Shown one piece after another: positions 1-8,957 of a stretch of DNA of 52,672 nt; the first letter of the stretch is position 1, and each line of letters starts with the position of its first letter. Below the pieces are notes generated by a model. The model was given only the letters and a program-made list of their open reading frames with translations, searched no databases and was not told where the DNA came from. Location of the stretch: IMG/VR virus record IMGVR_UViG_3300021356_000024, positions 1-52,672 of that record, one strand, 5' to 3'. A program made the position numbers and the translations under genes. This DNA is from a virus (taxonomy: Duplodnaviria; Caudoviricetes).

Positions 1-31
1 TAAAAAGTCACAAAAAGAGAATATGTAATAA

Positions 32-44
32 AATCAATGACTTA
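32..44 (+). promoter_or_regulatory. IHF-consensus site upstream of early promoter
   Basis: AATCAA-TGAC-TTA matches WATCAA-N4-TTR. Confidence 0.45.
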
Positions 45-70
45 CGGTAAAACTTTTTTTAAAAAAAGTC

Positions 71-99
71 TTGACATGGTTCGCCGGTTGTGCGATAAT
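71..99 (+). promoter_or_regulatory. sigma70-type early promoter
   Basis: TTGACA(71-76), 17 bp spacer, GATAAT(94-99); upstream A/T tracts resemble an UP element. Confidence 0.8.
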
Positions 100-129
100 A
101 CTACCGTATTGTGATGAGAGAAGTGTGAT

Positions 130-294
130 ATGGAGTTTTTAGTTGGCCTTTTTTTGATCTTTTTGGCGATGTTGCCTGTGATCATTCCGGCTGGCATCGT
201 CGCTTGGTTGCTGATCAAAATCTTTCCTTGGTTGATGAAAGTGATCGGTTACGGAACTCTCGTTGTGTTGTTGTTTTATTTTGTTTTGGTTTAA
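130..294 (+). CDS. small membrane protein, 54 aa (not in ORF track)
   Basis: MEFLVGLFLIFLAMLPVIIPAGIVAWLL...; GAGAG upstream; two hydrophobic segments. Confidence 0.65.
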   Translation: MEFLVGLFLIFLAMLPVIIPAGIVAWLLIKIFPWLMKVIGYGTLVVLLFYFVLV

Positions 295-303
295 GGTAGT
301 AAA

Positions 304-561
304 GTGATAGAGGAAGATATAAAGCAGTTAAAGAGCATGATTATCAGTCACGACTGGTATTACCACTATTCTGATGATCATCGTTATTATGTGAAAGGAC
401 GAGACAGTTGGCGAGACATTTGTAGTTTTGCTCAAGAAATTGGCGAACAAGGTGAACTTATTCTGAAGTCTGCAATTGATACTTTTGAGTCTGCTCAGTT
501 GAGCGAAGTGCCTGTCGACCTTTCTGAGTTGATCAAACAAAACTGGGGAGACATAGTTTAA
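304..561 (+). CDS. hypothetical protein
   Basis: AAGG RBS; HDWYYHYSDD motif typical of small phage proteins. Confidence 0.7.
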   Translation: MIEEDIKQLKSMIISHDWYYHYSDDHRYYVKGRDSWRDICSFAQEIGEQGELILKSAIDTFESAQLSEVPVDLSELIKQNWGDIV

Positions 562-782
562 TGAACTCTTTATTTTCACTTAAAGAAATTATCGAATTTC
601 GCAATTACGTATTGTCTTTTTATGCCTACGATGGCATTTATCCCATCAATGGCCTGACCGTTTCAACCGTCGAGTCTGCCATTGAGAACCTAATCAACCA
701 GTATGATGAATTCGGCATTAGCTTTCACGGCGACACTATTGACCGTGAACGTGTTCGTGATATCATCTTGGCTGATAAATAA
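561..782 (+). CDS. hypothetical protein
   Basis: TAATG coupling to the previous ORF. Confidence 0.7.
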   Translation: MNSLFSLKEIIEFRNYVLSFYAYDGIYPINGLTVSTVESAIENLINQYDEFGISFHGDTIDRERVRDIILADK

Positions 783-804
783 GATTCCTACTAAGGAGGA
801 AGAT

Positions 805-1167
805 ATGAAAAAAGTAATCACTGCAAGTTTGGCTGCTCTCGCTCTTGGCGCTTCTATGAATGCAGCCGCGTGGGGAGACAAAGAGCAGGGTATCGTGATC
901 GGTATCGTTGGTACTGTCATTGGTGCGGAGATTCTTCAGAATCATCGTAATCATGGCCCTCATACTTCACATCACTATCCTGTCTATACAGGTCCCGCGC
1001 ATGGCGGATATTCTCAAAGTGGTGTACTGAGTGCCTATGAGCGCGGTCTGCAACAACGACTTGAGAACGAACGCCGTCGATACAGTATCGATCAGAATCT
1101 CCGAACGATTCAAGATCGTGCAGAGTGGCGTGCTTATCGGTGTGGTATCAATCCCGCAGAGTGTTAA
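805..1167 (+). CDS. putative exported protein with glycine-zipper-like segment
   Basis: AAGGAGG RBS before ATG 805; signal peptide MKKVITASLAALALGASMNAAA; GIVIGIVGTVIG. Confidence 0.7.
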   Translation: MKKVITASLAALALGASMNAAAWGDKEQGIVIGIVGTVIGAEILQNHRNHGPHTSHHYPVYTGPAHGGYSQSGVLSAYERGLQQRLENERRRYSIDQNLRTIQDRAEWRAYRCGINPAEC

Positions 1168-1170
1168 TCA

Positions 1171-1257
1171 ATTTGGCGGAGAATGCAGTGGAAGGGTGGC
1201 ACCCTGAAACCGCCCAAATAGCTGAAATGAATATGGACCCCACTGCATTCACCTTTT
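1171..1257 (+). other. structured intergenic element (terminator-like long stem or ncRNA)
   Basis: GAATGCAGTGG(1181-1191) pairs with CCACTGCATTC(1240-1250), followed by TTTT; inner GGGTGG/CCGCCC pairing. Confidence 0.5.
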
Positions 1258-1272
1258 GAGAGAGATTATATT

Positions 1273-1746
1273 ATGAGTTTTGCCAAGTTACAGGAAAATC
1301 TGCGTGCTGAAGGTTGGTTCGTTGAGTGGAATATGCCTTGTTGCCAAACGTGTGCATGGGCTGAAGTTGACCACGACGACCTAGAAAAGGTACTTTTCAA
1401 TCACTCACAGGACTGTGAGATTGAAAGCGAGTACGAAGACTGCTACTACTGCGGTGGTGAAGGTGGCATGTGGCTCGAAGAAGGTACCGCAGATGAAGAA
1501 TGGGATGATTGTCCCGAGTGTGGCGGATCTGGTGAAGAGTACTCTTCTGCACCGGCCGATGCCGACACATCTGTTTCTGGTTTCATATGCAATACTCCTG
1601 AGATGCAAGATGGCAGTCACTTCTGTTACGCCGGTGATAAAAAAGGCGTTGAAAACCTAAAATCAATTTTACCCATCATTGAACAGTCTGGTTGTGCGTA
1701 TGACTGGAATGGCGATGGTGCGGCCCGCATTTACATTTCATGGTAG
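1273..1746 (+). CDS. hypothetical Cys-rich protein with DnaJ-like CxxCxGxG zinc-finger insert
   Basis: CCQTC; CYYCGGEG and CPECGGSG motifs. Confidence 0.7.
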   Translation: MSFAKLQENLRAEGWFVEWNMPCCQTCAWAEVDHDDLEKVLFNHSQDCEIESEYEDCYYCGGEGGMWLEEGTADEEWDDCPECGGSGEEYSSAPADADTSVSGFICNTPEMQDGSHFCYAGDKKGVENLKSILPIIEQSGCAYDWNGDGAARIYISW

Positions 1747-1755
1747 GAAATCCAT

Positions 1756-2136
1756 ATGAATACAATTCAATTGAATCTTGACATATTAGAGTTAGAAGCA
1801 AAACTCAGAGGCGTTGAAGAGATAGTTAAACGCATTCGTGAACAAACCGTTGGCGTTGACTATGACGTTGAAAAAAAATCACTGAAAGAACACATCGAAA
1901 TGCCTTATCCAGATGATGTCATTGAGATTGCACAAGATAATCAAATTAGTTTGAACTTCAATCTTGACCCGAATGTGAATGTAGGTTATACTGGTGAAAT
2001 GGATCCTTTTATGCCTTCTGCTAGCGATGTAGAATTTCCTGACGGATGGACAATTACTCTGAGCGATGAAGAGTTGGCGAAACTTGGTGTAACGATGACG
2101 GATGTTAAAGATGAAAATTCTGAAGGAAATAACTGA
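1756..2136 (+). CDS. hypothetical acidic protein
   Basis: AGGA RBS; in operon. Confidence 0.65.
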   Translation: MNTIQLNLDILELEAKLRGVEEIVKRIREQTVGVDYDVEKKSLKEHIEMPYPDDVIEIAQDNQISLNFNLDPNVNVGYTGEMDPFMPSASDVEFPDGWTITLSDEELAKLGVTMTDVKDENSEGNN

Positions 2137-2311
2137 TTGGTCTGGTCTTGAGTATAACGTCAAGAATCATACCTACGCAATTAATGACTCCGGTAAGTGT
2201 GTTGCTTATCGGCGCACTGGCACAAAAGAGTGGTTGACCTTTTCGAAACCCAAATCTTTCAGCCGATCTCACCGTAAGTTTGTGACATTGAAGGAGGAAT
2301 TCAATGAGTGA
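2111..2311 (+). CDS. hypothetical protein
   Basis: MKILKEITDW...FSRSHRKF; typical small phage protein. Confidence 0.65.
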   Translation: MKILKEITDWSGLEYNVKNHTYAINDSGKCVAYRRTGTKEWLTFSKPKSFSRSHRKFVTLKEEFNE

Positions 2312-2561
2312 TAAGTATGACTGGCCTAAAATCTACAAGGCCGAAGAAAACCTTGAACAACAAATCAATGAATCGGTATTTGATCATATCTGCTGGTTTT
2401 TTGATGTTGAAGATGTGTCCGAGTTGACTGAAGAACAATATGAGGAAGTTGTTGCCTTTCGTGAAGAATTGAACGAATATAGTCCTATGCAATGGGGATT
2501 TTCAAACTTCATACAGTATTGGGAGAACGAATCGCCAAATTCAGAATGGAACTCTGCATGA
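2304..2561 (+). CDS. hypothetical acidic protein
   Basis: AGGAGG RBS. Confidence 0.7.
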   Translation: MSDKYDWPKIYKAEENLEQQINESVFDHICWFFDVEDVSELTEEQYEEVVAFREELNEYSPMQWGFSNFIQYWENESPNSEWNSA

Positions 2562-2767
2562 AGGACCTATACGAACGTTACGGTTTGATTCGAAACCGAA
2601 GTTACAACATTCGCACAGAACCAGTGAACGATATTATCACTGATAGGGTTCTTGTGCTCGACCTAATTGAAAATAACGAAGTAGTTGACAGCAGAACTTT
2701 TCCTGATAAAAGTTATTATTACTATGAATCAGCCGGTGAAAACTGGATGACAGGAGTGTTAAGTTGA
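2558..2767 (+). CDS. hypothetical protein
   Basis: ATGA overlap with the previous stop. Confidence 0.6.
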   Translation: MKDLYERYGLIRNRSYNIRTEPVNDIITDRVLVLDLIENNEVVDSRTFPDKSYYYYESAGENWMTGVLS

Positions 2768-3348
2768 ATATATTCCCCTTGGAGTATATGCCAAATCAAA
2801 AGATTCCTTGTCCTATTGAATCTGCCATGGCACAGTGCGACAAACACGTGGTCAAGATGCCAACTGAATCTGGTCAAATGTTGTCTACCGTGCATCGTAT
2901 GCTCGACGGCAAACTAGAAATGCGGCCTTCTAAATCAGGCAAACGCATGGTCAAATACTGGGATTTATTCGAAGGTCGTGATGACCTTGAAGCAGAAATG
3001 ATTTACTACAAGGCGGTGCATATGGGACATCCTTGCACTGTCTGGTCTATGCAGACCGAAGATAATTACAGGTGGCACTGGGAACATTTCTATGCCTTGT
3101 GTCAAGAATACACCTATCGATATGGCAAAATTCACGGCGCAGAAAAAGTTTTGTGGCCGTTGCGAACACCGCCCAGAAATATTCCCAAGGGTCCTCTGAC
3201 AAAGATGCCTTTGGCGATGAAGTCAAATCCAGAATGCATGAAGGATGACGTTGTAGAGTCTTACCGTCTTTTTTATCAAACAAAACAAGAACGATTCTCT
3301 ATGACATGGAAGAATCGTAAAACTCCTGAGTGGTTTCAAATTGCCTGA
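2764..3348 (+). CDS. pyrimidine-dimer DNA glycosylase / endonuclease V-like protein
   Basis: MNIF...CDKHVVKMPTESGQMLSTVH...HMGHPCTVW...EYTYRYGKIH, characteristic of the DenV-like phage family. Confidence 0.7.
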   Translation: MNIFPLEYMPNQKIPCPIESAMAQCDKHVVKMPTESGQMLSTVHRMLDGKLEMRPSKSGKRMVKYWDLFEGRDDLEAEMIYYKAVHMGHPCTVWSMQTEDNYRWHWEHFYALCQEYTYRYGKIHGAEKVLWPLRTPPRNIPKGPLTKMPLAMKSNPECMKDDVVESYRLFYQTKQERFSMTWKNRKTPEWFQIA

Positions 3349-3350
3349 CG

Positions 3351-3357
3351 ATAAATA
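3351..3357 (+). promoter_or_regulatory. T4-type late promoter (ATAAATA)
   Basis: ATAAATA in the intergenic gap before ORF 3395. Confidence 0.55.
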
Positions 3358-3394
3358 GTTGTGAATATCCGCAACGCTTATCGGAGTACCGAAG

Positions 3395-4777
3395 ATGGCA
3401 AATCTTTCTGGTGGTAAATATATCACTTTTGAAAAACCGTATCTTGAAATGCTTGCCGAGAAAATCGACGCAGGCGATGATGTCAAGTTTGATGGAAACG
3501 TTTCTCAGAAAGTCAATAAGACTAAAGATGTCAAGAAATTCCTCACGGCTGTAAAAAACAAAAATGAAATCAATGTCGCCAGTGTTCTGAAGATTGGCAG
3601 CAGTTTTTCTCCTCTGTTCAACGGTTATCGTTGGACTGAAATCGACAAAGGCCAATTCACCAAAAAAGGTGGATCTGACGGTCAGTCTACAGCACAACAA
3701 GAACGTGCTTCTCTATACGCAATTCAAGTCGGTATCGAAAACAACGGATACACCGATCAAAAGAAATTCATGCAACTGTATCGTGAAGACTTGAGAGAAC
3801 TTTATCCCGCCATGAATGAAGAGTGGGAGAATACTTTCTTCCAACAACAACTGACAACCTATCGACAGGTTGGTAATACCAAGTACAAACACTATTCACG
3901 TGACGGCGGTTTCATGGACTACATATCGGCGTTATGTAAATCGATGTATGGTATTTCCCAGAAAGATACGTGGAATCCCGCCGACATCTGGTTGGTTTCC
4001 GATTTGAGCGCGGTGAAGAGACAGTTAGATAAGGCCGTAAAAGACAACACGACCTCTCTTCAAGAATTCAACGCCATTCTCCGAGATATGTTTCATGAAA
4101 GAAAAATTATCGGCATTTCTTTGAAGTTGATGTCTGGCAAAACTGCGAAGTGGGAACTAGTCAACCTTGAAAACGCAGACATGTTCGATGACGATACATA
4201 TACTTTTGAATATGATTCTGCTGAACTGAATTTGAAAATGAAAACGGACAAAGAATTCATTAACACAGATTCAAAAATTACTATGAAAGGAAAAACGCAG
4301 ACGATTAAGTTTCAGATTCGACAGAACAGTGCCGGCTTTAACAACCTGAAGATCGAAGGAACGGATGTCGGTTCTTCTGCCGCTCGTCTCGGTAAGGTGC
4401 CTCTCGACATGGCGTCCTCAGTCTTTTCTGGCGCAGGTCTAGAATCAAGTCGTTGGAGAAATCACAGAAATTATCCGAAGACTGCCGAAGAATATGCAAA
4501 TGAACAGAGAACACATGAAGCGAGATTCACAAAGTTGAAAGCAACAAACAAAGTAAACCTCGGCGGTGTGTCTACTGCAAAACAGTTTTCAGAAAATATG
4601 ATTGCTGTTTACTCTGAAGGCAAGGCAGACATTGCAATGAGTAAGTTGATGCAGTTAGATTTGCTCAACGAGATTTTTTCTTTGAGAGGAAAAAAACTAG
4701 ATAACTTTTTGACTGGCCTTGCCTTCCTTGCACAGAAGAAAGGTTCGGTCTTTGGTCCTTTTGCGAAACTGTATTGA
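3395..4777 (+). CDS. conserved phage protein, possible PD-(D/E)xK-like nuclease
   Basis: 460 aa; QQE...KDTWNPADIW...IIGISLK arrangement resembles a restriction-like catalytic core. Confidence 0.6.
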   Translation: MANLSGGKYITFEKPYLEMLAEKIDAGDDVKFDGNVSQKVNKTKDVKKFLTAVKNKNEINVASVLKIGSSFSPLFNGYRWTEIDKGQFTKKGGSDGQSTAQQERASLYAIQVGIENNGYTDQKKFMQLYREDLRELYPAMNEEWENTFFQQQLTTYRQVGNTKYKHYSRDGGFMDYISALCKSMYGISQKDTWNPADIWLVSDLSAVKRQLDKAVKDNTTSLQEFNAILRDMFHERKIIGISLKLMSGKTAKWELVNLENADMFDDDTYTFEYDSAELNLKMKTDKEFINTDSKITMKGKTQTIKFQIRQNSAGFNNLKIEGTDVGSSAARLGKVPLDMASSVFSGAGLESSRWRNHRNYPKTAEEYANEQRTHEARFTKLKATNKVNLGGVSTAKQFSENMIAVYSEGKADIAMSKLMQLDLLNEIFSLRGKKLDNFLTGLAFLAQKKGSVFGPFAKLY

Positions 4778-5349
4778 TGAGAATTTGGTTTGCGAAGACA
4801 ATGACAAAGTTTTTTCGGTTCTTTGCCGATACATTCTTTGCCAAACGATACGGTCATAGAGCAGTCGTATTAGAGACTGTTGCAGGCGTACCGGGTATGG
4901 TTGCAGGTATGCTTGTACACTTACGCAGCCTGCGACGAATGGAAAAAGGCAACGGCACAATGATACATGAAATGTTGGCCGAGGCAGAGAATGAACGTAA
5001 ACACCTCATGTTCTTTATTGAGTTGGTGCAACCAAACTGGTTTGAAAGGTGGTTAATCGTAATTGCACAGTGGATATTTTGGCACTACTATCTTGTCATG
5101 TATCTGTTATCACCAAAGACCGCACACTTGATGACACACTACTTTGAGGAAGAGGCAGTCAAGAGTTACACAAATTATTTGGAGATGATCAGAAACAAAC
5201 AGCTGGCAAATCCACCTGCGCCGTTAAGTGCTATAAAGTATTACAATCTAAAAGACAGCGCTCGTTTGTCTGACATGATAGAGTGCATTCGAGCTGACGA
5301 ACAAAAACACGCAGATGTTAACCTAAGGTATTCTAATGTTAAAGTATAA
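4777..5349 (+). CDS. aox: alternative oxidase (di-iron ubiquinol oxidase)
   Basis: LETVAGVPGMV, EAENERKHL, FEEEAVKSY and RADEQKH di-iron motifs; start at 4774 (TTG) or 4777 (ATG). Confidence 0.93.
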   Translation: MRIWFAKTMTKFFRFFADTFFAKRYGHRAVVLETVAGVPGMVAGMLVHLRSLRRMEKGNGTMIHEMLAEAENERKHLMFFIELVQPNWFERWLIVIAQWIFWHYYLVMYLLSPKTAHLMTHYFEEEAVKSYTNYLEMIRNKQLANPPAPLSAIKYYNLKDSARLSDMIECIRADEQKHADVNLRYSNVKV

Positions 5350-6565
5350 TCAGTTTATTGTAGAGTCCAAGAACACACACATGGAACACATCGAAGATTT
5401 GATGTTTAACGAAGGTGTGGCTGGTACGAGAAAGGCAATCAACTTTTTACGTGATCTACGAGACATGTTGTCTGGTCATTCGAAGACCAGTATTTCTCGC
5501 ACAGTGAAATGGGATGGCGCACCCGCTGTTTTTGTTGGTGTCGATCCAACTGACGGTAAATTCTTTGTTGCTAAGAAAGGAGTGTTCAATAAAAATCCAA
5601 AGGTGTATAAGACACCCGAAGATGTTAAGGCCGATACAAGCGGTGATCTACAGAAAAAACTTCTGATTGCACTGGAAGAATTTAGTAAGTTAGGTATTAA
5701 GAGTGGCGTTTACCAAGGAGATTTGATGTTTACTAAGGGAGACGTTGCTAGGGAAAAGATCGATGGAGATTCTTATTTTACTTTCCAACCTAATACTATT
5801 GTTTACGCTGTTCCTGTCGGTTCTCCGTTGGGCAGACAAATATCCAGAGCAAAGATTGGTGTGGTCTGGCATACTACTTATACAGGTAATTCTTTTGAGT
5901 CTATGTCTGCAAGCTTTGGCAAAGATATAACGTCGAAGTTTAATTCTGTGTCTTCTATCTGGCAAGACGATGCAACGTATCGTGATGTTTCCGGTAATGC
6001 CACATTCACGCAGTCAGAAAACACACACATCTCAACCATCATCTCAATGATCGGCCGAGAGTTTAAAAAGACAAACGGCCGACTGTTAGACGAATTCAAG
6101 AATGATGATGAACTGCGAGAAAGAACAAAGACTTTTAACAACACATTCATTCGTGCAGGCAAGCGTTTCAATCCTAAAACACACACGAAAGGATTGATGG
6201 ACTATATTCACGATTACTACCAGAAACAAATCGATACCAAGAAACAACAAAAGACAAAAGACCAGTGGAAAGAAAAACAGAAAGTTGCTATGTCCGTTTT
6301 CACTAAGTATAGTAAACGAGACATAGATCAACTGTGGAAACTGTTTGTTTTGTTGGTCGAAGCGAAAGAGATTATTGTTGACAAGATGAATCAGGCGAGT
6401 GGATTAGGAACATTTCTCAGAACACGCAACGGTTTTAAAGTCACTGATCAAGAAGGATATGTCGCCATCGACCATCTGAGTAACGATGCTGTGAAAATTG
6501 TAAACCGTATGGAATTCTCAAGGGCAAATTTCTCAGCTGATGTAATTAAAGGCTGGGAGAAATAA
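5336..6565 (+). CDS. DUF6267-like protein, predicted ligase/capping-type nucleotidyltransferase fold
   Basis: KNTHMEHIED; VKWDG (motif I KxDG), YQGDLMF, EGYV, KIVNR; N-terminus MLKYNQFIVE resembles the T4 capsid targeting sequence. Confidence 0.7.
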   Translation: MLKYNQFIVESKNTHMEHIEDLMFNEGVAGTRKAINFLRDLRDMLSGHSKTSISRTVKWDGAPAVFVGVDPTDGKFFVAKKGVFNKNPKVYKTPEDVKADTSGDLQKKLLIALEEFSKLGIKSGVYQGDLMFTKGDVAREKIDGDSYFTFQPNTIVYAVPVGSPLGRQISRAKIGVVWHTTYTGNSFESMSASFGKDITSKFNSVSSIWQDDATYRDVSGNATFTQSENTHISTIISMIGREFKKTNGRLLDEFKNDDELRERTKTFNNTFIRAGKRFNPKTHTKGLMDYIHDYYQKQIDTKKQQKTKDQWKEKQKVAMSVFTKYSKRDIDQLWKLFVLLVEAKEIIVDKMNQASGLGTFLRTRNGFKVTDQEGYVAIDHLSNDAVKIVNRMEFSRANFSADVIKGWEK

Positions 6566-7086
6566 TGCCATCGACACTGACGATTCGAAAAAAAGTAGAT
6601 GACAAAAAGACTATATGGGTACACTCTGCGGATTTGTTTGAGTCTATTCATACGTCCAGAGTAGTCACTGCTAAAGAACTTTCTGATATACTCAAGGAAG
6701 GAAAAATTATTTTAACTCAGAGAAAAAACTTTCTCTCTGATGCCTCGTTTCGCAACTTAAAATTTTTCTTCTCAAAACTTTCTGACCGTAAACCTATTCC
6801 TGTAATCTGTCCAGAAGAACAGTTTTCTCGGTATTGCAAGTCTGATAGAGAACTGAAAGATGAATGGAAGAAAGTATTCGGCGCAGTCGTTGAGACTGGC
6901 GGTTCACGTATCTTCAAACCAGACAATTTTCTTGCGCCTTTAACAAAAGAACATCAATCACTTTTAATTAATACGCCTATCTTCAACCATGATGACTGGT
7001 TCTATACCGCGTTTAACTTATTGACTAAACGCAGAATCGATTATTTCATGGTTTGGCATGAGAACAACTATCATCTAATATCATGA
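6565..7086 (+). CDS. hypothetical protein
   Basis: TAATG coupling; 173 aa. Confidence 0.65.
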   Translation: MPSTLTIRKKVDDKKTIWVHSADLFESIHTSRVVTAKELSDILKEGKIILTQRKNFLSDASFRNLKFFFSKLSDRKPIPVICPEEQFSRYCKSDRELKDEWKKVFGAVVETGGSRIFKPDNFLAPLTKEHQSLLINTPIFNHDDWFYTAFNLLTKRRIDYFMVWHENNYHLIS

Positions 7087-8957
7087 AACCATGGATTGCC
7101 GTGAGCCTTGCAGGCCACGATAACAGCATTACTATCTACGACAATGGTAAATTCTATATGTTTGAATTTGCTAAGGTCTCTGGTATCAAACACCATCATT
7201 TTTCTTGGAAAACACATCCCGAATGGTATGAAGAACGAAAGGTCGGTGAAGAGGTCTATTCGAATATGACCTTTAGAAAATTGTGGGTGAGAGACCCGAA
7301 AAATCCGAATGACCATCGGCTGAAAGAGGTGTGTGACAACGAAATCAGAATTAACAATGAAACTGTGCAAAGGGTTTTAGAACTTGCTGAAGAACAATAC
7401 GGAATCAAAAACGATTTTGAGTACTGCATTTATAAAGGCACGTTTGTAAATCCATTCACAGGTTCACATACATTTGCCTTGAATCAATATAAAAATTTTG
7501 AAGACTTAGAAAATCCTATGGAAGAGTATGAGTTTTATTTTGATACAAAATTAATCAAGTGCGACAACTGGGTTATGTCGAAGTGTTTTCACCATAAAGC
7601 ACACTATTACGTGGCCGCTGTTCAATCTCCTTTTGATAACACATATGCCTGTATCACAGTAGACGGTGGTGGCGACGATGTTGCAACTGTCTGTCACGTA
7701 GTCAAAAACGGTAAATATGGTTTTGCAGAACGAGAAAGATTCTGGGGTCACACTTGGTTGAACTTGAACAGATTCACACAGAATTTCGCAACACCAAACG
7801 CTGGTGTTTTTGTTAAAGGTACTCAGAAAGTTTATCCGCCTCCAGTGAACTTAGCGAATGGTCTTGACTTTGCTGGTAAATTTATGGGATTGGCCGCATA
7901 TGGTGAAGTCGATGAAGGTCTCTATGATATTTTTAGAAAGGCGTTTCTCTATCCCACAACCACCGGATGTCCAATCAAACCATACCTGTTGAATGAAGAA
8001 CTCAAGAAACATAATATTGGTTGTGATCCTGGTAAATCCGTTCTCATGGACTATATCAAAGAAAATAAAATCAATGATGCGAATATGGCCGCTACGGTTC
8101 AAAAAGCATTTGAAGATGACTTCATTGACTTCATCAAGGAAGAAAACGACAAGTTAGGATTAGAATACCACAAAAATCTAATGTTGTGCGGCGGCGTGGC
8201 ATATAACGTATTATTGACTGAGAGAATTAAAAACGAATTAGGTTACAATGTTTACGTGCCTTCTGTGTGTGACGATGCTGGACTGTCACTTGGTATCTTG
8301 ATAAACGAATTGACTGAACACGGACTATATGATGTGAATAAAAAGAAAGTTGATCTCACATTCAGTGGATTCGATATCACAGATAAAAAGAAATTGACAC
8401 AGTATAGAAAACCGAAGAACAGTAGTGTGTCTGAGATTCATGATATGTTACGCAAAGGAAAAGTTATTGGTCTGATACAAGGCAGATGCGAAACAGGACC
8501 TAGAGCGTTGGGCCGAAGGTCGATACTTTGTGATCCTACTTTTCCCAATATGAAAGATATCGTGAATAAAATTAAGAACAGAGAATACTATCGACCGTTC
8601 GCACCTGTATGTACGTATGAAAGTTTTGAAAGATACTTTGATAGTCCTTCAAAAGAAAATCTTGAGTCGATGAACTTTGCTGTCAAAGTAAAACCCGAAT
8701 GGCAGAAAAAATTAAAACCGATTACTCACGCTGACAACACTGCGAGAGTGCAGACGGTTCGAAAACAAAACAATGCTTGGTTCTGGAACTTTCTAAGAGA
8801 CTATGATGGTGTGTTGCTAAATACTTCATTCAATCGATCCGGTAAACCCACGTTAAACTCACTAGAAGACGCCTTTTGGATTTTAGACAACACGGCGCTT
8901 GACGCCTTTGTTTACGTGAACGGAAAGAATATATTGCTTTGGAGAAAGGATGTCTGA
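7083..8957 (+). CDS. carbamoyltransferase (NodU/CmcH family)
   Basis: GHDNS, HHKAH, VDGGGD, GKFMGLAAYG, GGVAYN, DDAGLSLG, ETGPRALGRRSIL, REYYRPFAP, LLNTSFN. Confidence 0.92.
   Translation: MKPWIAVSLAGHDNSITIYDNGKFYMFEFAKVSGIKHHHFSWKTHPEWYEERKVGEEVYSNMTFRKLWVRDPKNPNDHRLKEVCDNEIRINNETVQRVLELAEEQYGIKNDFEYCIYKGTFVNPFTGSHTFALNQYKNFEDLENPMEEYEFYFDTKLIKCDNWVMSKCFHHKAHYYVAAVQSPFDNTYACITVDGGGDDVATVCHVVKNGKYGFAERERFWGHTWLNLNRFTQNFATPNAGVFVKGTQKVYPPPVNLANGLDFAGKFMGLAAYGEVDEGLYDIFRKAFLYPTTTGCPIKPYLLNEELKKHNIGCDPGKSVLMDYIKENKINDANMAATVQKAFEDDFIDFIKEENDKLGLEYHKNLMLCGGVAYNVLLTERIKNELGYNVYVPSVCDDAGLSLGILINELTEHGLYDVNKKKVDLTFSGFDITDKKKLTQYRKPKNSSVSEIHDMLRKGKVIGLIQGRCETGPRALGRRSILCDPTFPNMKDIVNKIKNREYYRPFAPVCTYESFERYFDSPSKENLESMNFAVKVKPEWQKKLKPITHADNTARVQTVRKQNNAWFWNFLRDYDGVLLNTSFNRSGKPTLNSLEDAFWILDNTALDAFVYVNGKNILLWRKDV

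Noticed and set aside
1171-1257. tRNA, hammerhead or HDV-like ribozyme
   Set aside because: No cloverleaf or T-loop, no CUGAUGA core, and P3/L3/P1.1 do not fit HDV geometry; kept only as an unassigned structure
4774-5349. PTOX, implying a cyanophage
   Set aside because: The signature is AOX-type and no photosynthesis genes are present in the window
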